64,000 nt of DNA from an uncultured Nitrospiraceae bacterium (GTDB lineage Bacteria; Nitrospirota; Thermodesulfovibrionia; Thermodesulfovibrionales; SM23-35): positions 160,001-224,000 of the forward strand of contig CAVSHB010000003.1 of the NCBI GenBank assembly GCA_963727775.1, read 5' to 3'. Each line of letters opens with the position of its first letter. Positions within the stretch are counted from its first letter, which is position 1. The position numbers were made by a program, and so were the translations under genes. The notes under the pieces are model-generated. The model was not told where the DNA came from, did no database searches, and saw nothing but the letters and a program-made list of their open reading frames with translations. Positions 40,484 through 50,338 of the stretch are shown in pieces.

Positions 40484-41029
40484 GGCTCGGCATAAATATG
40501 TCGAGACTGGGCTGAAACTTCATGGACTTTTGCAAACAAACGTTAAGGTTGATGGAAATCTAACAGTAGAGACCTATGAACAGCGTAGAAAGCGTTTGGG
40601 CCTCGACGATATGCCACCCCGGGAAGCGCATGCGAAATTTCGAAGGGAACATCCGGAATTGGAGGAAGTGAATAGGAAGTTATTGGAGGAGGGGAAGTGA
40701 TAGAAATCGAGGTTCTCTTAGTCAGTGTTTTGTCAGACGTGGAGAGATGCGGAAGATAGATACGTAATTGGAAAGGCTGTGCAGTGTACGGTGTTCTGAT
40801 CCTACCTTCCAGGTTGCGGTGATGAGACCTTCTAATAGAAATACGGAGAGTTATGTCCTTCCTGCTATAACGCACCTTAAAGACCCGATATAATATTGCT
40901 GAGTACGACCGTCAATACACGCAACGTAGGAGTGAAGAGTATTTCCGACTGATATGGCTATTCCATATAAATTCCTTCCGATTGACATTTCTGAGGGATT
41001 ATCATTATCTATATAATTAGGATTTGTAA

Positions 41030-41806
41030 ATGAAAGACCTAAAATCGCACATTTTATGTACCACGTTGCTCTGCATTCTTTTTATCACAATACCAGAAGG
41101 TCTCATTGCTGGCCAGATGCCGGACGAAGGTCAAAAGATCGCGTCGATAATTAATAAAGTAATAGAAGCCTCTGGAGGTAAGAAGATTATTGAAATCATG
41201 CGTTCTCTTTACGCAAAAGGAGAAATTGAAGCTTTCATGCTTCATGATCAAGGTACATACGAGTTTTATTTCAAACAGAGAAGGAAGCTACGCGTTGAAA
41301 CCAGATATAAACATACCTCGGAACTTAGGATATTAAATGGGGAAAAAGGATACAGAAGCAATGACGGCCTTCCCTTTGAAGAAGTGCATGGCCCGCGATA
41401 TTTTGCAATGGTATACCAATATAAGCACATAGATATACTTCGCGGTCTCGCAAATAGTATTTATACTATAAGCCATGAAGGAGTATCTTCGGTAAACGGT
41501 CATGATGTTGACGTTCTCAAACTGAATGATAAAGAGGGTACTGTCATGGATATATATATTGGAAAGCATAATTCTCTCATTCTAAAAGTGACCGGTTATT
41601 TTAGCGAGGGAAGTAAAAAGATGAACCTTTCTTCTGAATTTTCGGATTTCAGGAAGATCCATGGGTTGGTATTGCCCTTCAAAATAACCAATTATGCGGA
41701 AGGACTAAAAATAGGTCAGACAATGATCAATAAATATATTCTGAATCCGGATATAGCAGACTCCTTGTTTGAACCATCAATCATGCAATCTCTCTTAACA
41801 AAATAA
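41030..41806 (+). CDS. Exported hypothetical protein (LolA-like lipoprotein-sorting fold suspected)
   Basis: Signal peptide, IEASGG, FSDFRKIHGLVLPF, C-terminal NPDIADSLF pattern. Confidence 0.55.
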   Translation: MKDLKSHILCTTLLCILFITIPEGLIAGQMPDEGQKIASIINKVIEASGGKKIIEIMRSLYAKGEIEAFMLHDQGTYEFYFKQRRKLRVETRYKHTSELRILNGEKGYRSNDGLPFEEVHGPRYFAMVYQYKHIDILRGLANSIYTISHEGVSSVNGHDVDVLKLNDKEGTVMDIYIGKHNSLILKVTGYFSEGSKKMNLSSEFSDFRKIHGLVLPFKITNYAEGLKIGQTMINKYILNPDIADSLFEPSIMQSLLTK

Positions 41807-41884
41807 AGATAGCCTTCCTGTACTTCTTCCTCTTCTAAGGAAGAAGTCAAGTTTTTTTCTTGCCTTTCTCTGTTAAAGCTGAAA

Positions 41885-42060
41885 TGGTTGTGGTGTTACT
41901 TCAACCTTTTACCTTTTCACCTAACCTCTTTTGTTCTACGAGCCTTATAGCTCAACTTACCTTATTCAGGTCGAAAGGATGGTGGAAGTTGACCAAGCTG
42001 AATCCTACAAGCCTTCTTTTTAGCTTACGAAGAAGCACGGTCCTTCTTCCACCACAACCA
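41885..42060 (-). ncRNA. Putative bridge/seek RNA of IS110 element 1
   Basis: Closed by the 11-bp stem TGGTTGTGGTG/CACCACAACCA; internal loop with a central hairpin; located downstream of the recombinase. Confidence 0.6.
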
Positions 42061-42077
42061 CTGTTTACTCCCATATA

Positions 42078-43355
42078 CTAAGCAGCAATTGTTACCGTAT
42101 CCTGAAATCTCCGTTTGTCTCTTAAGAGTGCAAAGATTAGCTTGATCAGCTTTATTGCTACTGCGCACAGGATCTCTTTCTTCCTCGGCAGTTGACCAAA
42201 CCGGTTCTTTGTCTGCAATTTTCGTTGATAATATTCTTGAAAATAGTTGGTGAGGACTACCACCCTCATGCTCATAAAGAAAAGACACTTCCTTAAGAGC
42301 CAGCGTCCCTTTTTGGATATGAACTTGCGGCTTATCCTATAACCGGAATCGCTCTCCTGTGGATCATATCCTGCATATTTGACGATCTGACGGGCGTTTT
42401 GAAAATACGCCAGGTCTCCTAACTCTCCTAAGAAGATAGCGGCTGAAAGGGGGCCTATACCTGGGATGCTCAATAAATACTCCGAATAGGGGATCTCCTT
42501 TAGTGTGCTTTTCATCTGTCGGTCAATATCCTTGAGCATCAGTACGGTCCGTTTCACTTCTTCCAGACATATCTTTACCCTGTAGCGATCCGTACTGCCG
42601 ATTCGTTTTACTCCAATGCTCTTTATTGCTGCCTGCTGGAGAGCTTTTGCTTTTTCGGCTGCTCCCGCCTTCTTCCTTGAGCTGTGGGCGATCAGTTCCT
42701 TGATAACTGCGTGTTTCATCGATACCACATCCTCGGGAAACGGACACAAATCAAGGATTGCCCATAAACTCCGGGAATTCATTGACCAAAATATCTCATG
42801 CAGCTCAGGGAAATAGTCATCCAGTGCAGCATGAAGCGCATTTTTCGCTCCCACGCTATATCTCAAGAGTCTCTCCCTTACTTTCGACAATGTCCTTAGC
42901 TGTCTTACCACCCCGTCTTCAATTACGGTATCGATATATTTACCCTCTCTGGTGATATTCGCTATGGTCAATGCATCTCTTTTATCGCTCTTTGCAGAGG
43001 AACTCTCGTCAAGTTCCCGATGATGCTTCAGGGCCGTAGTCCGTACAAACCGAACTTCATAACCCTTCTCTTTTCCAAAGTAGGCAAGCTTCCTCCAGTA
43101 GTGCCCTGTCGGTTCCATCCCAATGAGCACGCTGTTCATGCCATACTTTGCTTTAAAACCCTCTGTCATCTTTACAAACTGCTCAAATCCTTCACGGTTG
43201 TTGTACAGTTTGGCGCAACTCCCCAACACGTTGCCCTCTTTGTTCATGAACCCCACCGCATTCCATGCATTCCCTACGTCCACTCCTATGACCAGGGTCT
43301 CCCTACTAATCCTTTCACGCTTTGCTACCTGCTTGTTATAATCTTTCTCAGACAT
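42078..43355 (-). CDS. IS110-family DEDD recombinase/transposase
   Basis: IGVDVG, GMEPTGHYW, KSDKRDA, LLSIPGIG, YAGYDPQESDSG, ISKKG. Confidence 0.95.
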   Translation of the reverse strand: MSEKDYNKQVAKRERISRETLVIGVDVGNAWNAVGFMNKEGNVLGSCAKLYNNREGFEQFVKMTEGFKAKYGMNSVLIGMEPTGHYWRKLAYFGKEKGYEVRFVRTTALKHHRELDESSSAKSDKRDALTIANITREGKYIDTVIEDGVVRQLRTLSKVRERLLRYSVGAKNALHAALDDYFPELHEIFWSMNSRSLWAILDLCPFPEDVVSMKHAVIKELIAHSSRKKAGAAEKAKALQQAAIKSIGVKRIGSTDRYRVKICLEEVKRTVLMLKDIDRQMKSTLKEIPYSEYLLSIPGIGPLSAAIFLGELGDLAYFQNARQIVKYAGYDPQESDSGYRISRKFISKKGRWLLRKCLFFMSMRVVVLTNYFQEYYQRKLQTKNRFGQLPRKKEILCAVAIKLIKLIFALLRDKRRFQDTVTIAA

Positions 43356-43544
43356 GGTGATCTCTCCTTTCTGTTATGTTGTTTGGATATTCAACTTTAA
43401 CAGTTCGAGATTGCCATGTCTTTCCCTCTTCCTTATAGTAAGCTGTATTAAACACCATCAGAGTCTGCTATAATTCCGTTTAGTACAAAGGGTATTAGAA
43501 AAACTATCTAATCCCTGGTTAAGCAAAAAAGATAAAGTGCACAC

Positions 43545-44087
43545 ATGAAACAATTGAAAATCAGCAAAGCCTTCATGTTGATGGAATCGGGGCCGGTTGT
43601 CCTTATTACAACGAATGACGGAAAGAAGGACAACATCATGACGATTTCATGGACAATGGTTTTGGATTTCACACCAGTCTTTGCCATAACCACTGGAGAA
43701 TGGAATTATTCTTTTACGGCTCTTCGGAAAACAAAGGAGTGCGTTATTTCAATCCCCACGGTTGACATGCTTGATAAAGTCGTTGGAATAGGAACATGCT
43801 CCGGTGCCGATACAGACAAATTTACCAAATTCAAGCTCACTCCCGTAAAAGGTAGAATAGTAAAAGCGCCATTGATAAAAGAATGCCTCGCTAATATTGA
43901 GTGTAAAGTCGCCGACATCGTCAAAAAACACAACGTTGTCGTTCTCGAAGGCGTTGCGGCATACTTTGACACCTCGCGCAAAGAGAAACGAACTGTTCAC
44001 GCTGTCGGTGACGGTACATTTATCATGGATGGGCGCAAACTATCCCGAAAAAAAATGATGGCATCCAAAATTCCAAATGGGATCTAA
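43545..44087 (+). CDS. Flavin reductase family protein (DIM6/NTAB)
   Basis: GPVVLITT, NIMTISW, IGTCSGADTDKF, APLIKECLANIEC. Confidence 0.88.
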   Translation: MKQLKISKAFMLMESGPVVLITTNDGKKDNIMTISWTMVLDFTPVFAITTGEWNYSFTALRKTKECVISIPTVDMLDKVVGIGTCSGADTDKFTKFKLTPVKGRIVKAPLIKECLANIECKVADIVKKHNVVVLEGVAAYFDTSRKEKRTVHAVGDGTFIMDGRKLSRKKMMASKIPNGI

Positions 44088-44217
44088 CCCAGACAGGCCA
44101 GAAAAACAATAATGTCTTCCTCCTACCTCACATATCAGCCGTGATATAATTGTGAGTATACAACCAGAAATGAACAAAACCGACTGGGACAATAAAGACA
44201 TCTACGACGGAGGACGC

Positions 44218-44529
44218 ATGCACTGGTATCACTACATTGCCTACTTCTTTGGTGGGGCGTTCCTTGCGAACGCGGTGCCCCACTTCGTAAGCGGAGTGTC
44301 TGGGCATTCGTTCCCCAGCCCGTTCGCGCATCCACCCGGGGAAGGGCAGTCGCCCGCGCTGGTGAACGTGCTTTGGGGCTTTGCGAACCTCATCATCGGC
44401 TACTTGCTTATCTGCAAGGTGGGAACCTTTGAGCTGCGCCGCTGGCGGCACGTCCTTGTGGCCGGGGCTGGACTCTTGATGGCCGTGATGCTCGCGCGGG
44501 CATTCGGGAAGCTCTACGGCGGGTTGTGA
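44218..44529 (+). CDS. Small membrane hypothetical protein
   Basis: MHWYHYIAYFFGGAFLANAVPHFVSG...; GGAGG RBS before ATG 44218; three TM segments. Confidence 0.7.
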   Translation: MHWYHYIAYFFGGAFLANAVPHFVSGVSGHSFPSPFAHPPGEGQSPALVNVLWGFANLIIGYLLICKVGTFELRRWRHVLVAGAGLLMAVMLARAFGKLYGGL

Positions 44530-44680
44530 TAGGTACCTCTCTCTCGACCCTCCAAATTTGGTGATCCGAAATCAATAATCCTTCCTGTACTAAACGTGCC
44601 TGAACGGGCTTCGCAGAAGGAATACTCCACATAGGAATACGCATTTCGAAAATTACTAACTCCTGTTGATTATGAAGAGA

Positions 44681-44707
44681 AGAACTAAACCGCTGCGCGG
44701 TGGTAAC
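44681..44707 (+). repeat. 27-bp direct repeat, copy 1 (IS91-like end sequence)
   Basis: AGAACTAAACCGCTGCGCGGTGGTAAC, identical to 53039-53065. Confidence 0.9.
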
Positions 44708-44971
44708 CGTGTGCCATCATGAACTGGTTGATACAAGAACAATTCGTTTTCATATTGGGAGTTCTGGATACCCATTCATCCCTCCTGACAGGGAGATTTT
44801 AGAGGGAGCGGCCGACCACACCTTCTCCCTATAACTCGCGTTCGAGTCCACATCCAAAAGTTTAATCAATAGTTTGAATTAAGTGTTGATTACCAGTTAA
44901 AGGACACATAAGAAAGAGACAGGATGTCCCGGGCTATCATAATGAACTCTCCTCAAAAAGGGGCTCACCTA

Positions 44972-46153
44972 TCACGAAGCCAACATCAATCTATTTATCA
45001 TCTCTTCATATTCTGAAGTAATCTTCTCAACGGCGAAATCTTTTACCCTTTCTTTTCCCAATCTGGAAAACCTTTCTCTTAGCACCTTGTCCTTGAGTAA
45101 TTTCAATACTGCCCTTGAGAGGGCATCAATGTCATCAGTAGGAACAAGTACCCCATATTTATCATCCTGTAATATCTCACGAGGCCCTGATTTGCAATCT
45201 GTGGATACAACTGGCGTATCACACGCCATCGCCTCTAGCACAACCATTGGTAACCCCTCGTAACGGGACGAAAGAACAAAGACATCTGCCTTGGATATAA
45301 ACTTGTAAGGATTATTCTGAAATCCTAAAAAAGAAACCTTCTCTGTTATTGCCAGTTCATTAGCAAGCCTGGACAGAGATTCCTTTTCCGGCCCTTCGCC
45401 CAAGATTATTAGTCTCGCATCCATTTCTTTGATAACGTTGCTGAAAGCTTTAAGAAGTATTTCAAAACCTTTCTGGGCGACTAATCTGCCGACAGATAAG
45501 ATAACCGGAACTCCCTCCCTGAAAAAAACATGCGCTACAGGGTTATTGCATAATTCTGAGATACACTTCAGGTCTGTCGGGTTATGAATAACCTCCACAT
45601 TAGGGGGCAGGATATTAAATTCCCCAACGAGATCTGCCTTAACCCCTTCTGACACCGCGATGATTTTGTCTGAAAATCTATAAAATATCTTGACCAGAAG
45701 GGTTGTAGAAAACCATAGCATTCGTCTTCCCGCCTTTGTCTTTGCTGCCTCACTAAGAGTTATGTGCTCGCCGATGATGATTTTTTTCCTGAAGAGTAGT
45801 CCTGCGGAAATAGCCATGATATTACTGTGGGTTAACATGCTCACGATGACATGAGGTTTTTCTCTGAATACTGCCCGAAGAAAACCTGCATACTGTCTCA
45901 GCTTATCAATAGAACTGTCTGATTTCCTTTGAACAACGATCAATTTCAGCCCTCTAGGGATAAAATCTCTGTAAGGTGAATTCTCATATGGGTATAACAG
46001 GACGAGAACAGGTTTGATTCTCTCTCTATTGATATGACTGATAATCTCTACCATGACCCTCTCAGCGCCGCCACCTTCCAGAGAGGGTATAAAAAACAAG
46101 GCTTTCACTTTTTGACCATGAAGGTCTTTTGCGATAGAAGATGAGAATTTCAT
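44972..46153 (-). CDS. GT4 glycosyltransferase (WabH-like)
   Basis: GGGAERV, VGRLVAQKGF, SSRYEGLPMVVLEAMA, DCKSGPREI. Confidence 0.9.
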   Translation of the reverse strand: MKFSSSIAKDLHGQKVKALFFIPSLEGGGAERVMVEIISHINRERIKPVLVLLYPYENSPYRDFIPRGLKLIVVQRKSDSSIDKLRQYAGFLRAVFREKPHVIVSMLTHSNIMAISAGLLFRKKIIIGEHITLSEAAKTKAGRRMLWFSTTLLVKIFYRFSDKIIAVSEGVKADLVGEFNILPPNVEVIHNPTDLKCISELCNNPVAHVFFREGVPVILSVGRLVAQKGFEILLKAFSNVIKEMDARLIILGEGPEKESLSRLANELAITEKVSFLGFQNNPYKFISKADVFVLSSRYEGLPMVVLEAMACDTPVVSTDCKSGPREILQDDKYGVLVPTDDIDALSRAVLKLLKDKVLRERFSRLGKERVKDFAVEKITSEYEEMINRLMLAS

Positions 46154-46166
46154 AGTCTAAGTTTTG

Positions 46167-47285
46167 TCATCGTGCTAAAATAATGCTTTCCCATTGTTCC
46201 ATCGATGTTTCAAGATCAAAGCCCTGCGCCCTCTTGAGAGAAAGGTTTGAGAGGGTGTCTCTGAGTTTGCTATCCGATAAAACTTTTATCAGCGCATCTG
46301 CAATGGCATTAGGGTCTTCTGGCGGGACAAGGAGACCGTATTCACCGTTGTCAACAATCTCTGCAGGGCCCGAAGGGCAATCGGTAACAACCACCGGAGC
46401 CCCTGTTATCATAGCCTCCGGGATAACATTGCCGAAGCCTTCATATCTCGAAGCCAGACAAAAGACTGTTGCCATTTTCATGTATTTATAGGGATTGAGC
46501 TGCGCCCCTAAAAAAATCACGTCTTCTTCAAGTTTCAATGATCTACTGAGATTCATCAGTTCCCCTCTCTTATCTCCGTCACCGATGATCACGAGCTTGC
46601 TCGGCACTGAAGACCTGACTATTCTGAACGCCCTCAGGAGGATGTCCAATCCCTTTTGATGGACAAGCCTGCTCGCAGTGACGATAACAGGGCCATCGAT
46701 GGAGATGCCCGGGTCATCTTTGGACATCTCGGATATCATTGCATGGTTCAAGGGGTTATAAACGACCTCGACCTTTTTATCCTTGAGTCCAAAATTCTCC
46801 AAGAGGTCTTCCTTCTCTCCATTGGATACGACGATCATAGACTCGGCGTCCTGGTAGGCCATTTTTGTAAGCAAGGTCCACAGGGCCTTGAACCTCTCTG
46901 TCCTGAAATTGTCTTCGATATAGGCGGTCATATTTACCGTGTCATGCACGATATGCATAAAGTTGCATAAACTGAGCTTTCTTGCAATATAGCTGATTAT
47001 CGCGGGATACCACATGCAACTGACCACTACATCGGCCTTTAAGTGCTGCAAAGCCTTTTTGTATTTAGGGATGATAGAGGTGATCCTGGTATCGCGTGTC
47101 TCATTCAGGCTAAGCCTCTCGATATTATTTGGAAGCTCATCAAGAAAAAAGCCTCTCTCCTGAAGCAGTAAGAGCTTTGGATTGATCCTGCCCCTTTGCT
47201 TTAAGAAGGGCAAAAAGTTTCTTGCCATCTTGGCCTCTGTGCCGCCAAGGGTTAGGGAGCCGATGAAGAAAACGACATTTTTCAT
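46167..47285 (-). CDS. GT4 glycosyltransferase (WabH-like)
   Basis: GGTE, SRLVHQKG, ASRYEGFGNVIPEAM, DCPSGPAEI. Confidence 0.9.
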   Translation of the reverse strand: MKNVVFFIGSLTLGGTEAKMARNFLPFLKQRGRINPKLLLLQERGFFLDELPNNIERLSLNETRDTRITSIIPKYKKALQHLKADVVVSCMWYPAIISYIARKLSLCNFMHIVHDTVNMTAYIEDNFRTERFKALWTLLTKMAYQDAESMIVVSNGEKEDLLENFGLKDKKVEVVYNPLNHAMISEMSKDDPGISIDGPVIVTASRLVHQKGLDILLRAFRIVRSSVPSKLVIIGDGDKRGELMNLSRSLKLEEDVIFLGAQLNPYKYMKMATVFCLASRYEGFGNVIPEAMITGAPVVVTDCPSGPAEIVDNGEYGLLVPPEDPNAIADALIKVLSDSKLRDTLSNLSLKRAQGFDLETSMEQWESIILAR

Positions 47286-47396
47286 TATTACTCACCTTTT
47301 GAAGACTAAGTCTTGTTCGAGGAGAAATTTTCTGTCTAGTAATGATAACATTTCAATAGACATCTTTTTTTTAATTCTGGGAGAACAGACTTTAGA

Positions 47397-48674
47397 ATGA
47401 ATAATTCCACCTTATTGTTGACCTCGGCTTGGTACGGCGACAGTCCTCTAACACTGACGTTTCCATCTTCTTGGGATGTGGTGTCCATAGGGCTTAAGAA
47501 CGTCGGTACACTGAAGGAAGAAGAAATAGAAGAAGACATCAAGAATCCTTATGGATGCAACCCGTTGTGTAAGACAGTCAAAGGCAAAGAAAGGATCGTT
47601 ATTATCATAGACGATCTACAGAGACCGACCCCTCTTCACATGGTCGTCCCTCTTGTCATCAAAGAGTTAAGAAGTGGGGGTATCGGTCTTGAGAAGATAT
47701 CTCTGGTCATGGCTACGGCGTGCCACCGCCCGGCTAAAACCGAGGATTTCGCCAAGAAAGTCGGGCAAGATATTACGGAAATGGTACGTACCATTTCCCA
47801 CAACTGTAAGGACGACCTCGTTAATCTGGGCAGCTCATCACAGGGCACCCCCATTCATGTCAATCGTTGGGTAGCAGAAGCCGACTTCAGGATCGCCATA
47901 GGCGGCGTCTATCCTCACGAACGAGCCGTGTTCGGCGGAGGTTCCAAGCTTGTACACCCGGGAGTATGCGGCATTGAAACAGCGCGGCACCTTCACAAAC
48001 TTCCGAACGAAAAGTACAACGATTCCACCGGCAATTCCTTTAGAAAGGATATTGAAGAGGTTGCAGAGAAGGTTGGTCTCGATTTTTCGATAAATGTGCT
48101 CTTGAACGAAACGAGGGGCATCGGCCGTATCTTTTCCGGAGACAAACGCGCGGCGCACCTGGAGGCGATTAAGACGGCTGAGGTCCTGTATGCGGAGGAG
48201 CCGGTCTCTGACACAGACATTGTGATCACCAACACGTATCCTTTCGACACCTCTCTTCATTTTATATCAAAAGGCACATGGCCCCTAAACTATGTGCGTG
48301 AAGGAGGTTCGAAAGTTGTCATCGCTTCATGCCCTGAAGGCCTCGGCTTTCACGGACTTTCGCTGATATCGCAGCCGGGCCTCCCGGGTTTTATTCGCAG
48401 GATGAGGGCTTTATCTCGATCGGATATACGTGCTAAAATACACTCGGCATTCGGGAAAAATGACGGGATTCTTTTCCTCTCTCCAAATCTCACAAGAAAC
48501 GATGCGAGGAAGATATATCCAAAGGCACGCGTGTTTCGGGATTGGGAATCACTTTTGAAGAAATTGTGCGATAGACACAAGAGGCAAAGAGTCAGGGTTG
48601 CCGTATATAAATGTGCCCCACTCTTGTTTACGAGCCCTCTTTGCAGGATGCCCCGTGTCTTGACACGGGGATGA
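47397..48674 (+). CDS. Lactate racemase (LarA) superfamily protein
   Basis: IIIDDLQRPTP, ATACHR, GTPIHVNR, YPHERAVFGGGSKLVHPG. Confidence 0.85.
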   Translation: MNNSTLLLTSAWYGDSPLTLTFPSSWDVVSIGLKNVGTLKEEEIEEDIKNPYGCNPLCKTVKGKERIVIIIDDLQRPTPLHMVVPLVIKELRSGGIGLEKISLVMATACHRPAKTEDFAKKVGQDITEMVRTISHNCKDDLVNLGSSSQGTPIHVNRWVAEADFRIAIGGVYPHERAVFGGGSKLVHPGVCGIETARHLHKLPNEKYNDSTGNSFRKDIEEVAEKVGLDFSINVLLNETRGIGRIFSGDKRAAHLEAIKTAEVLYAEEPVSDTDIVITNTYPFDTSLHFISKGTWPLNYVREGGSKVVIASCPEGLGFHGLSLISQPGLPGFIRRMRALSRSDIRAKIHSAFGKNDGILFLSPNLTRNDARKIYPKARVFRDWESLLKKLCDRHKRQRVRVAVYKCAPLLFTSPLCRMPRVLTRG

Positions 48675-48851
48675 ATGCATGCCTTGCGCAGAGGGTTATT
48701 AGGGAAACGCGAAGGCTCCCTAATCCTCTAAGGCCATTGGCTTGTCATGGTCTGCACAGCGTCTTCATGCTGTGCTATAGATGCCCCGCTGCTTGCCGCG
48801 TGGGAGTTTCACTAAGCAATCCGAGCCACGCTTATACCTGAGGCCTTTTCA

Positions 48852-49986
48852 ATGAGCAGCCGATCCCTTGTCAGCATCCTTACTCCCGTATATAATCACA
48901 CCTATATCGAACATACGATACAGAGCGTCCTGAATCAGACCTATGAAGACTGGGAATGGATAATCCTGGATGACGGTTCCGATGACGGGAGCGCGGAAAT
49001 AATCCATAGCTTTAAAGACAGCAGGATTCACTACTCTTACCAAGACCATGTTGGCTTCCCTCATCTGTCCAGCACCTTTAATAAGGCCCTAACCTTGTGC
49101 ACGGCTGACCTGGTGGCCATGCTTGACAGCGATGACTATTGGCCTGCGTATAAGCTTGCCGTCCAGATCCCAACGCTGGACGATCCAGATGTGGTCCTCA
49201 GTTACGGAGAATCCACCCTTGTCAATCCTCAGGGCAAGAAAATAGGCACGATGGGGATTCCCGAGGACCCGAGCATCGCATTAAACGACCCCGTCGGCTC
49301 TGCCCTCAAGATCCTGCTCCTACCATACTGTTTTCTTGCCACTAGCACCATCGCACCATTTTCTCCACATGGGCAGTTTCGTGGAGGCTGAAGGGCTCTT
49401 TCAGGCATATCCCACCTGGACGCGGCTCTCAGTGGAAGGTCGGTTTGCTGCCCTGCCTATCTGCATGGGCTTTTGGCGACGGCACCCCCGCTCAATACTG
49501 CTGAATTTCGATCCGGTTCAGAGATTTATGTCTGCCACCCGTTTTATGAGGACCTTTGTGGCAGAACACGAGGATCGACTCAAGGCTTTAGGAATGCCCC
49601 ATCGCATCGAGGAACTCGAAGACCTATAGGAAGACTACGGCAAAAAGAGTCACCTCGACAATTATTACATCGCCTATAACAAATCACTGATGTTGGCACG
49701 CATGTCATGTTTTCAGGAGTCACAGAGCGAGATGCACCAGTTCTGCCGGGAACATCCGTCGGTCAAAAATCGCCTTATATGTGCCCTTGTGATACTTTCA
49801 CGCCTCATCGGGACCCGACTTGGTCAATCCCCTGGCAGATTCTTTAGCCAAGATCAGGACATTCTTCTCCAAGTAGAGGAACTGACGCTACGTCTGAGGT
49901 ACTACTTAGTGGCTGAAAGAGAGATTTTGATTTCAGACGTGGCGGGGCTTCCTCCCGATAACAGCCTCATCGCACCGTTCACCTGA
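48852..49986 (+). pseudogene. GT2 glycosyltransferase, fragmented
   Basis: LVSILTPVYN, ILDDGSDDG, MLDSDD; continues across frameshifts and stops in ORFs 49336-49629 and 49690-49986. Confidence 0.75.
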
Positions 49987-50338
49987 AAGTCCATATTGAT
50001 CGCTTGACACATTAGGTGAGAATTTCCAAGAGAAACTAAAGCTAAAGTATTATATAGGAGCCTGGCCCTCTTGTACGAACTGCAATAAACAAGCCTGATC
50101 CCATTGCCACGCTCCTGTCATCCCTCCTGCGGTGGTCAAATTGTTCATAATATGCCTGCTTCTGATAGCCTTTTCCCATGAAAGACCTGTCACTGTTGAC
50201 TACAAAGGGGAGGCCCATTGTCGTTAGTCCGTTAAGCCCTTGTAGGAAAATGAGTTGCCGTTTGCCGGTTCTCTTAACGTGAAGCCGGCAAACGGCAATA
50301 TCGCACTGCTTATGGCTCGGGGCTTCCATGAAAAAATT

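Larger units (their letters stand above)
39342..40700 (+). pseudogene. Phage terminase-small-subunit-like gene interrupted by IS200
   Basis: N-terminal CxxC...CxxC and KTEACRLAGYAETTAR HTH-like motif. Removing the IS restores the frame: IDVPDF(T/M)ARHKYVETGLKL...EEGK stop at 40700. Confidence 0.65.
41823..43447 (-). mobile_element. IS110-family element 1 with long 3' non-coding end
   Basis: CTGTA present at both junctions (41818-41822 and 43443-43447). The reconstituted empty site CCTTCCTGTATTAAAC matches an unoccupied site at 44580-44595 at 15/16 positions. Confidence 0.75.

Noticed and set aside
40543..40980. 110-aa minus-strand ORF / possible remnant
   Set aside because: No recognisable motif in the frames I read; partly antisense to the TerS-like C-terminus.
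41030..44529. Classical integron cassette array
   Set aside because: The short co-oriented genes are suggestive, but no complete attC hairpins or intI-attI arrangement were found.
44840..44849. T-loop-like GTTCGAGTCC
   Set aside because: No acceptor stem or cloverleaf around it.
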